This document shows positions 20,779 to 29,323 of a stretch of DNA of 64,000 bases, in pieces. The stretch covers positions 1,152,001 through 1,216,000 of the forward strand of contig OY759729.1 in assembly GCA_963662585.1 (NCBI GenBank), in the 5' to 3' direction. The notes under the pieces are model-generated. The model was given only the letters and a program-made list of their open reading frames with translations, made no database searches and was not told the origin of the DNA. The first letter of the stretch is position 1; each line of letters begins with the position of its first letter. Source of the stretch: Candidatus Cloacimonadales bacterium. Lineage in GTDB: Bacteria > Cloacimonadota > Cloacimonadia > Cloacimonadales > JAFGVF01. Both the position numbers and the translations under genes were made by a program.

Positions 20779-21918
20779 TTAATAAGCCAAAATTAGGATT
20801 GCTTCAATGTCTTCTCTTTTAAATTTACTTACACTACCAATAGCAGGGAACTCCATAATTTTATCTGCGATCCTACTTAGGTCACTCTTATGAATGCAAA
20901 GGTCTCTTAGGGATACTGGACTACCCCAATCGCGAATTTTATTCCTCATTGAGATTAAGGCTGAGATAGTATTATCTTCTCCCCAGATTTCAAACCAATC
21001 ATTAAACTTTTCAGGATATTTGAATACCATATATTCAATCCAAGCTGGGAAAATAACTCCCAAGCCTGCTCCATGAGCTATTTTAGGAAAGAGAGCTGAT
21101 AGAGCATGTTCAATAATATGACAAGCCCAGTCTCCACCATTCATAGCAATGCCACTAATACCATTTAAAGCAAGTGTTGCAGACCAAGCGAGATTAGCTC
21201 TAGCTGTATAATCCTTAGGATCATCTTGCAGTCTATTAACCATAGCAATAATAGTCTTTACTAATGCTTTATCGATTTCTCTTGTAGCAATTGCTTGCGA
21301 ATCCACAAAATAGTATTCAAAGATATGAGCTATTGCATCTAGCCCGCCATTAACAGTTTGATTCCAAGGAAGAGAAAACTGAATAGTAGGGTCGATAATT
21401 GAAAGCTTAGGAAATAGTAATGGTGAGCCTCCACCCCATTTTTGTTGTGTCTTGGTATTAGTAATTACAAAACCACTATTCATTTCTGAACCAGTAGCAG
21501 ATATTGTCAGAACAGTATAAATTGGAAGAGCTTTTTCAGCCTGGACTTTTTTTTGCATAAAAAGCCATAAATCTTCTAAGTAAAAGCCAACAGCGACCCC
21601 CTTAGCGCTATCAATTACACTTCCACCACCCACAGCTAAGATGGAATCAACATTATTATCTCTAGCCAGCTTGATTGCTTCATTTACTTTTTCTAAAGTT
21701 GGATTTGCTTGAATTCCCCACATTTCGATACATTCAATATCGTATTTCTTAAGAGAATCTACAATTTGTTCATATAGTCCATTAGCCTTAATGGAGCCTT
21801 TCCCTGCTAATAGTAGAACTTTTTTATGGTCATTATCCTTTAGTTCTTTACCAATTTCACTAACTTTATTCTTCCCAAATATTATTTTCGTTGGGTTATA
21901 AAAATTGAAATTATTCAT
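20779..21918 (-). CDS. Iron-containing alcohol dehydrogenase (NADH-dependent butanol dehydrogenase-like)
   Basis: MNNFNFYNPTKIIFG, AVGGGSVIDSAK, ATGSEMN, DWACHIIEH, HGAGL. Confidence 0.93.
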   Translation of the reverse strand: MNNFNFYNPTKIIFGKNKVSEIGKELKDNDHKKVLLLAGKGSIKANGLYEQIVDSLKKYDIECIEMWGIQANPTLEKVNEAIKLARDNNVDSILAVGGGSVIDSAKGVAVGFYLEDLWLFMQKKVQAEKALPIYTVLTISATGSEMNSGFVITNTKTQQKWGGGSPLLFPKLSIIDPTIQFSLPWNQTVNGGLDAIAHIFEYYFVDSQAIATREIDKALVKTIIAMVNRLQDDPKDYTARANLAWSATLALNGISGIAMNGGDWACHIIEHALSALFPKIAHGAGLGVIFPAWIEYMVFKYPEKFNDWFEIWGEDNTISALISMRNKIRDWGSPVSLRDLCIHKSDLSRIADKIMEFPAIGSVSKFKREDIEAILILAY

Positions 21919-22305
21919 CTCTCCACCCTATTCTTTTTTATGTTCATAATATAATTAGAATAAGCTTGATTAGCAAATTGAAACTATTTTTTTCTTTTAA
22001 ATTGCTAGGATTTATCGGAACTTAGCCACTTTTAGCTTATTAAAAAAAATATTAATTAGCTATATATTTTAAAAATTTGGAAAAAATTATTTTTTTGATT
22101 GACTTATCTAAAATAAACTAATATTTTAGTTTTTTAGATTATTATGTGAATAAAGTATCTTTAATAATTGATTTAATAGTAATTATTGAAGATTAATTTT
22201 AAAAAGTGAATATAGTATAGAGTTATTAAATAACATAAAGCATTATACACTTACATTATAGATTAATAGAGCATTTATTAAGTGAACAGGTTGTAAGGAG
22301 TTACT

Positions 22306-23931
22306 TTGGATACTAAAGCAAAGATATTAGTTGTAGATGATGAAAAGATAATAAGAAAGTTGCTTGGTGCTACCTTAACCAAAAATGGCTATGAAATTGA
22401 TTTCGCCTCTAATGGTTATGAAGCAATAAGTAAAATAAAGAGTGATAAGTTTGATTTGATTCTGCTAGATGTAACAATGCCTGGCTTAGATGGCTTTGAA
22501 ACATGTCGAAGACTTATCAATATAGATCCTGAGCTTCCTGTAATCCAAGTTACTTCAAGTACTGATAATGAATCCTTAACAAAAGGTTTTGAAGCAGGAG
22601 CCTTAGATTATATCAGAAAGCCTTGGCAAACCATGGAATTACTAGCTCGAGTTAAGAATATTCTTAGAATAAAAGCTGCAGAAAGAGAAAAGCAAATATA
22701 TTTTAAGACCCTTCAAGATGATATGATAACTGCTTCTGTGATTATGAAGATGATACTTCCTGAATGGATTTTCCTTGATAATAATATGTTATTTGTCTCT
22801 GACTATATTCCTTCTAATCATGTAGGAGGAGATGTATTTAATTCTGTCAAACTCAATGATAATCAATATATTGTCTATCTAGGAGATATATCTGGACATG
22901 GAGTGCAGGCAGCCCTCTTCATGTCAGCTGTGAGAACAACCATAAATTTACTCATTGATGAACTTAAAGATGATTTTGATATCACAACTTTGATGACTAA
23001 GCTCAACACTACTCTATCCAAAGATTTATTCAAATCAACCGACTCTTATTTCACTCTCATATTTGGTATGGTTGATTTAAAAGAAAATACTTTTGAGTAT
23101 ATAAATTGTGGACATCCTCCTTTCATTGAATACAATGTAAAAACTAATGAAGTAATTATTCATGATGAGAAGGGAACTATCCCTATTGGCTGGAAGGTTA
23201 ATTATACTTTTGATCAGACAGAAGTTGGTAAAATTGACTTAACAATGGATAAGATTATCTTCCTCTATACAGATGGTTTAAATGAGAGTATTGATAATGA
23301 TGGAAATGAGTTTGGTATTAATGGATTAACTAATATCTTAAAGAACAAGATTGAAGATATCAATACTGTAACCCTACCCTTTAAAATTAAACAATATCTG
23401 CAAGATAAAAAATATAAACTTAGTAGTGATGATTTTACCCTTTTTGCTTTCCAAATGCAAGGTATGACCGATTTAGTAACTGTACAAGAAGATCCAGATA
23501 AAATCAAGAAAATGGTATTTTGGATTAAAGCGGTCATGAAAGATGTGGGCTATGTGTCTCAACACTGTGAAAAACTAATACTAGCTTGGACTAAAAATGC
23601 AACTCTTTCTGCAAAGGTTGAAATAATTATTGATGAACTTCTAAATAATATTATAGAACATGGCTATAAATATGAAGAGACTGCTAGAATAGTCTTTGAA
23701 TTTAAATTAGCTGGTTCCAAACTATATATCACAATGTGGGATAAAGGTATTGAATGGATACCAGAGACAGTGAAATATAATCAAGATAATCCTTATCTCT
23801 TTGAAAAAGACCTCTTTGATGTTTCAGGAAGAGGACTCTACATGGTTTTATCTTGGTCTCAAGAATTTTATCGCAACAGATATTCTGAAGAGCTAAATGA
23901 AACAATTGTTGTTTTAGATGTAAACAGATAG
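22306..23931 (+). CDS. REC - SpoIIE/PP2C phosphatase - RsbW-like HATPase fusion
   Basis: TTG start with AAGGAG RBS; VVDDE/LLDVTMPG; VGGD, GDISGHG, NCGHP, LYTDGL, DDFT; ELLNNIIEHG...WDKG...GRGL. Confidence 0.9.
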   Translation: MDTKAKILVVDDEKIIRKLLGATLTKNGYEIDFASNGYEAISKIKSDKFDLILLDVTMPGLDGFETCRRLINIDPELPVIQVTSSTDNESLTKGFEAGALDYIRKPWQTMELLARVKNILRIKAAEREKQIYFKTLQDDMITASVIMKMILPEWIFLDNNMLFVSDYIPSNHVGGDVFNSVKLNDNQYIVYLGDISGHGVQAALFMSAVRTTINLLIDELKDDFDITTLMTKLNTTLSKDLFKSTDSYFTLIFGMVDLKENTFEYINCGHPPFIEYNVKTNEVIIHDEKGTIPIGWKVNYTFDQTEVGKIDLTMDKIIFLYTDGLNESIDNDGNEFGINGLTNILKNKIEDINTVTLPFKIKQYLQDKKYKLSSDDFTLFAFQMQGMTDLVTVQEDPDKIKKMVFWIKAVMKDVGYVSQHCEKLILAWTKNATLSAKVEIIIDELLNNIIEHGYKYEETARIVFEFKLAGSKLYITMWDKGIEWIPETVKYNQDNPYLFEKDLFDVSGRGLYMVLSWSQEFYRNRYSEELNETIVVLDVNR

Positions 23932-23940
23932 GAGTTTATC

Positions 23941-24774
23941 ATGCCAAAAGTTTCTATAATTATGAGAGTTTATAATGAGATGCCTTATATAAAATATGCC
24001 TTGAGAATGCTTAAACAACAGAGTTTTCAAGATTATGAATTGATAGTTGTCGATTCAGGATCTACGGATGGAAGCTATCAAGTTGCTCAAGACGCTAATC
24101 CTGATATTATTTACCAAATTACTCCTGGTACTTATGTTCCTGGAAGAGTTTTAAATGAAGCTATCAATAAAGCGTCAGGTGATTTTATTGTCTTTAACAA
24201 CTCCGATTGTATTCCTCAAAATAACTTTTGGTTAGAAAACCTAATAAAGCCCCTTCAACAAGACCCAGATACTATTGCTGTATTTGCTAATCAAGTTCCT
24301 CGTCCTGAGGCAACACCTTTGGTTAGAAAAGATTATGAACGCGCTTTTGGAGATGGTTCAATCTCTTCTAAATGGAAGCATTTCTTCTCTTTAGCCTCTT
24401 CGGCAGTAAGAAAAGATATTATTATTCAATACCCATTTAACCCAAGCATTCAGTATTCTGAAGATATAGAGTGGTCCTGGAGAATGAAACAAATGGGTAG
24501 AAAAATCACCTATGTAGCTGATGCAATAGTAGAACATTCTCATAATTATACTTGGAAAGGTTTAGTCAAACGCTATACAGGTGAAGGAAAAGCTGAAAAA
24601 GAGATTTATAAAGAACAAAGGGATTGTTTTATGAAATCAGTACTTTTTTCAGCAGGACTTGAATTCATAAGAGATTTCATTTATTTAATCAAACATCGCC
24701 AAGTGCAATGGATACCATATTCTTGCTGTGTGAGATTTTTACAACGATATTGTGTTTGGAAAGCTAGAGCGTAA
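23941..24774 (+). CDS. Glycosyltransferase family 2 (rhamnosyltransferase-like)
   Basis: VSIIMRVYN, VVDSGSTDGS, YSEDIEWS, VEHSHNY. Confidence 0.9.
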   Translation: MPKVSIIMRVYNEMPYIKYALRMLKQQSFQDYELIVVDSGSTDGSYQVAQDANPDIIYQITPGTYVPGRVLNEAINKASGDFIVFNNSDCIPQNNFWLENLIKPLQQDPDTIAVFANQVPRPEATPLVRKDYERAFGDGSISSKWKHFFSLASSAVRKDIIIQYPFNPSIQYSEDIEWSWRMKQMGRKITYVADAIVEHSHNYTWKGLVKRYTGEGKAEKEIYKEQRDCFMKSVLFSAGLEFIRDFIYLIKHRQVQWIPYSCCVRFLQRYCVWKARA

Positions 24775-24779
24775 TTATT

Positions 24780-25901
24780 ATGACAAAATACAAAATACTA
24801 GTTTCAGTACTGGCCTATGACAACGGGAAATCAGGAATTGCAGACTACATTAATAATGTGGTGAAATATCTTTCAATTGACCATAGCTTAGATATCTTAA
24901 TTTATGAGAAGGATAGCTACATATTCCCCCATAAAAAAGAGAATATTAATTTTCTATTGGTATCTGATAAATTTTCTAAAGCTGCTGTTAGTATGTCTTA
25001 CCATCTCTTTGTCTTACCTTTTACATTACCTTTAGATGACTATGATTTTGTCTTCTTACCAGCAGGAAATAGAAGATTATTTTCCTACTATCCTAAAAAG
25101 ACCATAGTTACCTTCCATGATCTTTCTCAATTTCATATCGAGAATAAATATGATTCTCTCAGAATGCATTACATCAAGAAAGTAATACCTTTCTTTTTGA
25201 AAAAAGCTCAAATCGTTATGGCAATTAGTGAGAGTACCAAAAGTGATTTAGTAAAATACTATGGTATGCCTAAAGAGAATATTGAAGTTAATTATAATGG
25301 CTATGATCCTTCTAAATTAGCAGTTAATCTTTCCCAAGAGCAATTAGTGAATAAATTTAACATTATTGATGATTATATCTTATATATATCAAGGATTGAA
25401 CATCCAGGTAAGAATCATCTTAATCTAATCAAAGCTTATGAATTGCTACCTGAATACCTTAAGAAGAAGTATCAATTGGTTTTTGCAGGAAGCGAATGGA
25501 ATGGAGTAGAAGAAGTCACAAATTATGCTCAGAAATCTCCTGATAAAGATAGAATTATCTTCTTAGGTTTTGTTCCAGATCAAGATTTAGGTGCTCTTTA
25601 TAAGTTTTCATCCCTCTATGCCTTCCCTTCTTTCTATGAGGGATTTGGTATCCCTTTGTTAGAAGCTATGTATAGTGAAACCCCTGTAATATGTTCGAAT
25701 GTATCGTCACTTCCTGAAATCGGTGGAGATGCTGTAATTACTTTCGACCCAAATTCTCCAGAAAATATCTCAGGTGTCATCAAATATGTTCTAGAAAACC
25801 CTGAAGTCTCTAAGAAAATGGTGTTGAGTGGAAAAGAGCAAGTTAAGAAGTTCAGTTGGGAAAAACATTGCCAAAAGATTATTGATTTAATTGAAGAGTG
25901 A
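24780..25901 (+). CDS. Glycosyltransferase family 4
   Basis: FPSFYEGFGIPLLEAM, SSLPEIGG. Confidence 0.92.
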   Translation: MTKYKILVSVLAYDNGKSGIADYINNVVKYLSIDHSLDILIYEKDSYIFPHKKENINFLLVSDKFSKAAVSMSYHLFVLPFTLPLDDYDFVFLPAGNRRLFSYYPKKTIVTFHDLSQFHIENKYDSLRMHYIKKVIPFFLKKAQIVMAISESTKSDLVKYYGMPKENIEVNYNGYDPSKLAVNLSQEQLVNKFNIIDDYILYISRIEHPGKNHLNLIKAYELLPEYLKKKYQLVFAGSEWNGVEEVTNYAQKSPDKDRIIFLGFVPDQDLGALYKFSSLYAFPSFYEGFGIPLLEAMYSETPVICSNVSSLPEIGGDAVITFDPNSPENISGVIKYVLENPEVSKKMVLSGKEQVKKFSWEKHCQKIIDLIEE

Positions 25902-25947
25902 AAGACAAGGAGAAAGCAAAATACTTTTCACCAGAATTAACGAGAAT

Positions 25948-25974
25948 GTAGGGGCGAAACATTTTTCTTCCTAC
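25948..25974. repeat. Degenerate GTAG-type REP palindrome
   Basis: GTAGGGGCGAAACATTTTTCTTCCTAC: GTAGG...CCTAC arms in a convergent intergenic region. Confidence 0.5.
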
Positions 25975-26074
25975 TAAAAGACGAAAGATCTCTTCTGTCC
26001 GCCATTCTCTTAAATCCCCTTTCAGTTCCTCAGAGCGATTTGAAATCTAGAGATTTTAGGCCTTTCTTAAATAT

Positions 26075-26554
26075 TTAATCCTTAAACCTCTCTGCAAAGT
26101 CCGTAATTTTATCATTGTCAATATCTTTATAACTATTCTTAACTTTTCTAACATATTTTAAGATTAGCCTAACGATCCAAGAGAACTTCTTAAGTTTTAT
26201 CTCAGAGCCAATTACCGAGACGATTTCAGCATTGGTATAGAGATCATTAGGAATTGCATCTTTTATCTGCCTTTCCAAAACATCCTGCTTAGGTTCTCCA
26301 GCCATGATAAATATTCCAAACTTTCTTTGGAGAATTTCAGGACGGTGCAAAAAGATGAAATTCTTTATTTTTCTATCGATTTGACCAAAATAGATTGATG
26401 AACCAATCAAAATATTATCATATTTAGAGATATCTTCAACTTTTTCTTCATGCACATTCACAATTTTTACATTACCGACTATTCTCTTTCTGATTAGTTC
26501 AGCAACCTCTTTTACACTTCCATTCTTGGTAGCGTAGATTATTAATGTGTTCAT
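26075..26554 (-). CDS. Flavodoxin-domain protein (HemG-like fold)
   Basis: LIIYATKNGSVKEVAE, ILIGSSIYFG. Confidence 0.85.
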   Translation of the reverse strand: MNTLIIYATKNGSVKEVAELIRKRIVGNVKIVNVHEEKVEDISKYDNILIGSSIYFGQIDRKIKNFIFLHRPEILQRKFGIFIMAGEPKQDVLERQIKDAIPNDLYTNAEIVSVIGSEIKLKKFSWIVRLILKYVRKVKNSYKDIDNDKITDFAERFKD

Positions 26555-27141
26555 TCCAAATCTCCTCTTTTGATTACTTGTTGGAATAACTCTTGTAATT
26601 CTCTATCTTCAATAACTCTGTCAGCTGATTCCAAGAATTCATCCATTCTTTCATTATCATGGCCTTTATAAATAGCCGCTTGCATTCCCATTTCGAATTT
26701 ATCTATCTGTTTCAAAAATTTAGCTTCAGCTGATTCAGCTTTTTCAAACTCTTTCCACAAGTTAATAAACTCATCTCCCTCAGGATAACTACTAAATACT
26801 TTCTCCACACTTTGGAGCTCAAGTTCATATTTCTCAGCTAAAGAGACCCCATCAACTGGAGTAATATCTCCAGCATAAATCTCCCCTATCTCATGTACTA
26901 AAGCCATCTTTATTAATTTTTCTTCATTCAGATTTAAATTTAATCTCTTAGCTAATATCCAAGCAGTCATTGCGGTTCCAAAAGTGTGATCAGCAACTGA
27001 TTCACCCTCATTTTCAGGAATATCACGCTTTAACCAACCCTGCCGAAAGAGATTCTTAAGCTTGAATATCTGATACAATACTTCTAAATTATCATCTGCA
27101 AAGAAACTATTATCCTGTTGTTTATATTTCTTCTTCATCAT
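26551..27141 (-). CDS. HD-domain hydrolase (YfbR/HDDC2-like 5'-deoxynucleotidase)
   Basis: LKNLFRQGW, ESVADH, ALVHEIGEIYAGDITP, KQIDKFEM. Confidence 0.88.
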   Translation of the reverse strand: MMKKKYKQQDNSFFADDNLEVLYQIFKLKNLFRQGWLKRDIPENEGESVADHTFGTAMTAWILAKRLNLNLNEEKLIKMALVHEIGEIYAGDITPVDGVSLAEKYELELQSVEKVFSSYPEGDEFINLWKEFEKAESAEAKFLKQIDKFEMGMQAAIYKGHDNERMDEFLESADRVIEDRELQELFQQVIKRGDLE

Positions 27142-27313
27142 TAATTTCCTTAATTAAAACTATTTTCCATCTTAAATATATTAATTTTATCTGTCAATAG
27201 TGATTTTTAATTGCTTTATCAGTCTTAATAATTCTCCCTGTTTTATTGCATATTTGTTTATTTACCAAAACAGCTTATACTTTCCTTAAAATTAATTACA
27301 TTGAGGAGTAAAA

Positions 27314-28984
27314 ATGAAAACTGACTTAGAGATAGCAAGTGAAATTGAATTAGAACATATTGATAGTGTTGCAGCTAAATTAGGCCTTAAACCTGCAGAT
27401 TTAGAACATTATGGTGATTATAAAGCAAAGATTAAGCTACCTGTTGTAGCCGATATAAGAAAGCGAGAAAGAGGGAAATTGATATTAGTCTCGGCTATAA
27501 CTCCAACTCCAGCTGGAGAGGGTAAAACAACTGTATCTATTGGACTTTCCATGGCCTTGAATAAGATAGGTAAGAAAGCCAGTGTTGCCATCCGAGAGCC
27601 CTCTTTAGGCCCTGTATTCGGAATTAAAGGTGGAGCAGCCGGTGGAGGTTATTCCCAAGTTTTACCAATGGAAGATATTAATCTCCATTTTACTGGGGAC
27701 TTCCACGCAATTACAACTGCTAATAATACCCTTTCAGCCCTAATTGATAATCATATTTATCAAGGTAACGCCTTAGATATTGACCCTCGTAGAGTTACCT
27801 GGAAGAGAGTTTTAGATGTAAATGATAGAATGCTACGGAATGTTGTAATTGGCTTAGGTGGTAAAACCCAAGGAATCCCTATGGAAGAAGGCTTTGACAT
27901 AACTCCTGCTTCTGAGATTATGGCTATTCTATGTCTTTCCAATGACTTAACAGAATTAAAAAGAAAGATTGGCGAGATAACTATTGGCTTCAACTACAGT
28001 GGAGAACCTGTCTTAGTGAAACATTTAGGTTACGAAGGAGCCATAACAACCCTCTTGAAAGATGCTATCAAACCTAATATTGTTCAAACTATTGAACACA
28101 CTCCTGCTTTTATTCATGGCGGACCTTTTGCTAATATTGCCCAAGGTGCAAATAGTATTATCGCTACTAAAACAGCTTTAGGACTTAGCGATTTTGTCGT
28201 TACTGAAGCTGGATTCGGATTTGATCTCGGAGCAGAAAAGTTTTTTGATATCGTTTGCCCTTACGGAGGTTTCTGTACAAGTGCAGCAGTAGTCGTAGCA
28301 ACTATTAGAGCTATCAAATTCCATGGTGGAGTCAAGCTCAAAGATCTCTCAGAAGCAAATCCTGAAGCAGTAAGAAAGGGTATCGTTAACTTAGAAAAAC
28401 ATCTAGAAAACACTAAAAAGTTTGGAATGAAATCCATCGTAGCAATTAATAAATTCGCTACTGACACCCAAGAAGAAATTGATATTGTTACCAATTTTGT
28501 AGAAAACTTAGGTTTTGAAGTTTCTCTTGTAGAATTCTTTACCAAAGGTGGAGATGGTGGTATTGATTTAGCAAAAAAAGTTGTAGCTATGATTGAATCC
28601 GATACTTGTAAGCTACATAGTCTCTATGACAGAAAAGAAGCTGTAAAAGATAAAATCTTTAAGATAGCTCATGAAATCTATGGAGCTGAAGCTGTTGATT
28701 ACTCACTTGAGGCTAAGAAGACCCTTAAATTAATCGATAAGTATGGCTATAATGAGTTACCTATTTGTATAGCCAAAACTCAAAAATCTCTCTCTGATAA
28801 CCCTTCCCTTCTCGGCAGACCAAAAGATTTCTTAGTTACTGTCCGTGAAATTATTATTTCTTCAGGGGCAGGATTTATAGTTCCGATTACAGGTGATATT
28901 ATGAGAATGCCAGGACTTCCTAAAACTCCTTCAGCGGAGAAAATGGATATTGATCAAGATGGAACAATTACTGGATTATTCTAA
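27314..28984 (+). CDS. fhs: Formate--tetrahydrofolate ligase
   Basis: TPTPAGEGKTT, GIKGGAAGGGYSQV, HGGPFANIA, VVVATIRA, MRMPGLP. Confidence 0.98.
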   Translation: MKTDLEIASEIELEHIDSVAAKLGLKPADLEHYGDYKAKIKLPVVADIRKRERGKLILVSAITPTPAGEGKTTVSIGLSMALNKIGKKASVAIREPSLGPVFGIKGGAAGGGYSQVLPMEDINLHFTGDFHAITTANNTLSALIDNHIYQGNALDIDPRRVTWKRVLDVNDRMLRNVVIGLGGKTQGIPMEEGFDITPASEIMAILCLSNDLTELKRKIGEITIGFNYSGEPVLVKHLGYEGAITTLLKDAIKPNIVQTIEHTPAFIHGGPFANIAQGANSIIATKTALGLSDFVVTEAGFGFDLGAEKFFDIVCPYGGFCTSAAVVVATIRAIKFHGGVKLKDLSEANPEAVRKGIVNLEKHLENTKKFGMKSIVAINKFATDTQEEIDIVTNFVENLGFEVSLVEFFTKGGDGGIDLAKKVVAMIESDTCKLHSLYDRKEAVKDKIFKIAHEIYGAEAVDYSLEAKKTLKLIDKYGYNELPICIAKTQKSLSDNPSLLGRPKDFLVTVREIIISSGAGFIVPITGDIMRMPGLPKTPSAEKMDIDQDGTITGLF

Positions 28985-28993
28985 ATAATCAAT

Positions 28994-29086
28994 GCTTCTT
29001 CTCTTTACTCTTCATGCTCCTTCTCACTCATCTTAAATAAGTCTCAAATAATGATAAAGACGAGAGAGAAGGAGTAAGGGAAGAGC
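28994..29086. repeat. ~100-bp pyrimidine-arm/purine-arm imperfect palindrome, copy 2
   Basis: CTCTTCATGCTCCTTCTCACTCATCTT ... AAGACGAGAGAGAAGGAGTAAGGGAAGAG. Confidence 0.7.
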
Positions 29087-29113
29087 AATTTAAGAACAAA
29101 CCGTCATCTTCGA

Positions 29114-29225
29114 TGCCACGCACTTGCGTGGTGGTGGGTTAGCTTTTTAGACCAGCATTATCTGCTGGTCGCGGGCTGGAATCCCGCTTTCCCAGTTAGA
29201 AAGAATCCCGCTTTCCCAGTTAGAA
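29114..29225. repeat. Cluster of REP-like hairpins (CCACGCA-CT-TGCGTGG; ACCAGCA..TGCTGGT; GCGGG..CCCGC; 2x GAATCCCGCTTTCCCAGTTAGAA)
   Basis: Palindromes and a ~24-bp direct duplication read directly from the sequence. Confidence 0.7.
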
Positions 29226-29227
29226 CG

Positions 29228-29252
29228 AAAAGCCCCACATTTCTGCAGGGCT
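29228..29252 (-). terminator. Probable intrinsic terminator after gene 29324..34429
   Basis: AAAAGCCC...GGGCT hairpin. Confidence 0.55.
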
Positions 29253-29323
29253 ATTATATTTATTATTTTATTGAAGGTAAGACCTCATGTGTCCCCCTCA
29301 TAGAGGGGGATTACAAGGATTAT

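Noticed and set aside
21920..22300. Very AT-rich gap as a replication origin or foreign island
   Set aside because: No DnaA-box cluster or mobility signature seen; consistent with a divergent promoter region.
27314..28984. Wood-Ljungdahl pathway cluster
   Set aside because: fhs stands alone; no folD, metF or acs/cdh genes nearby.
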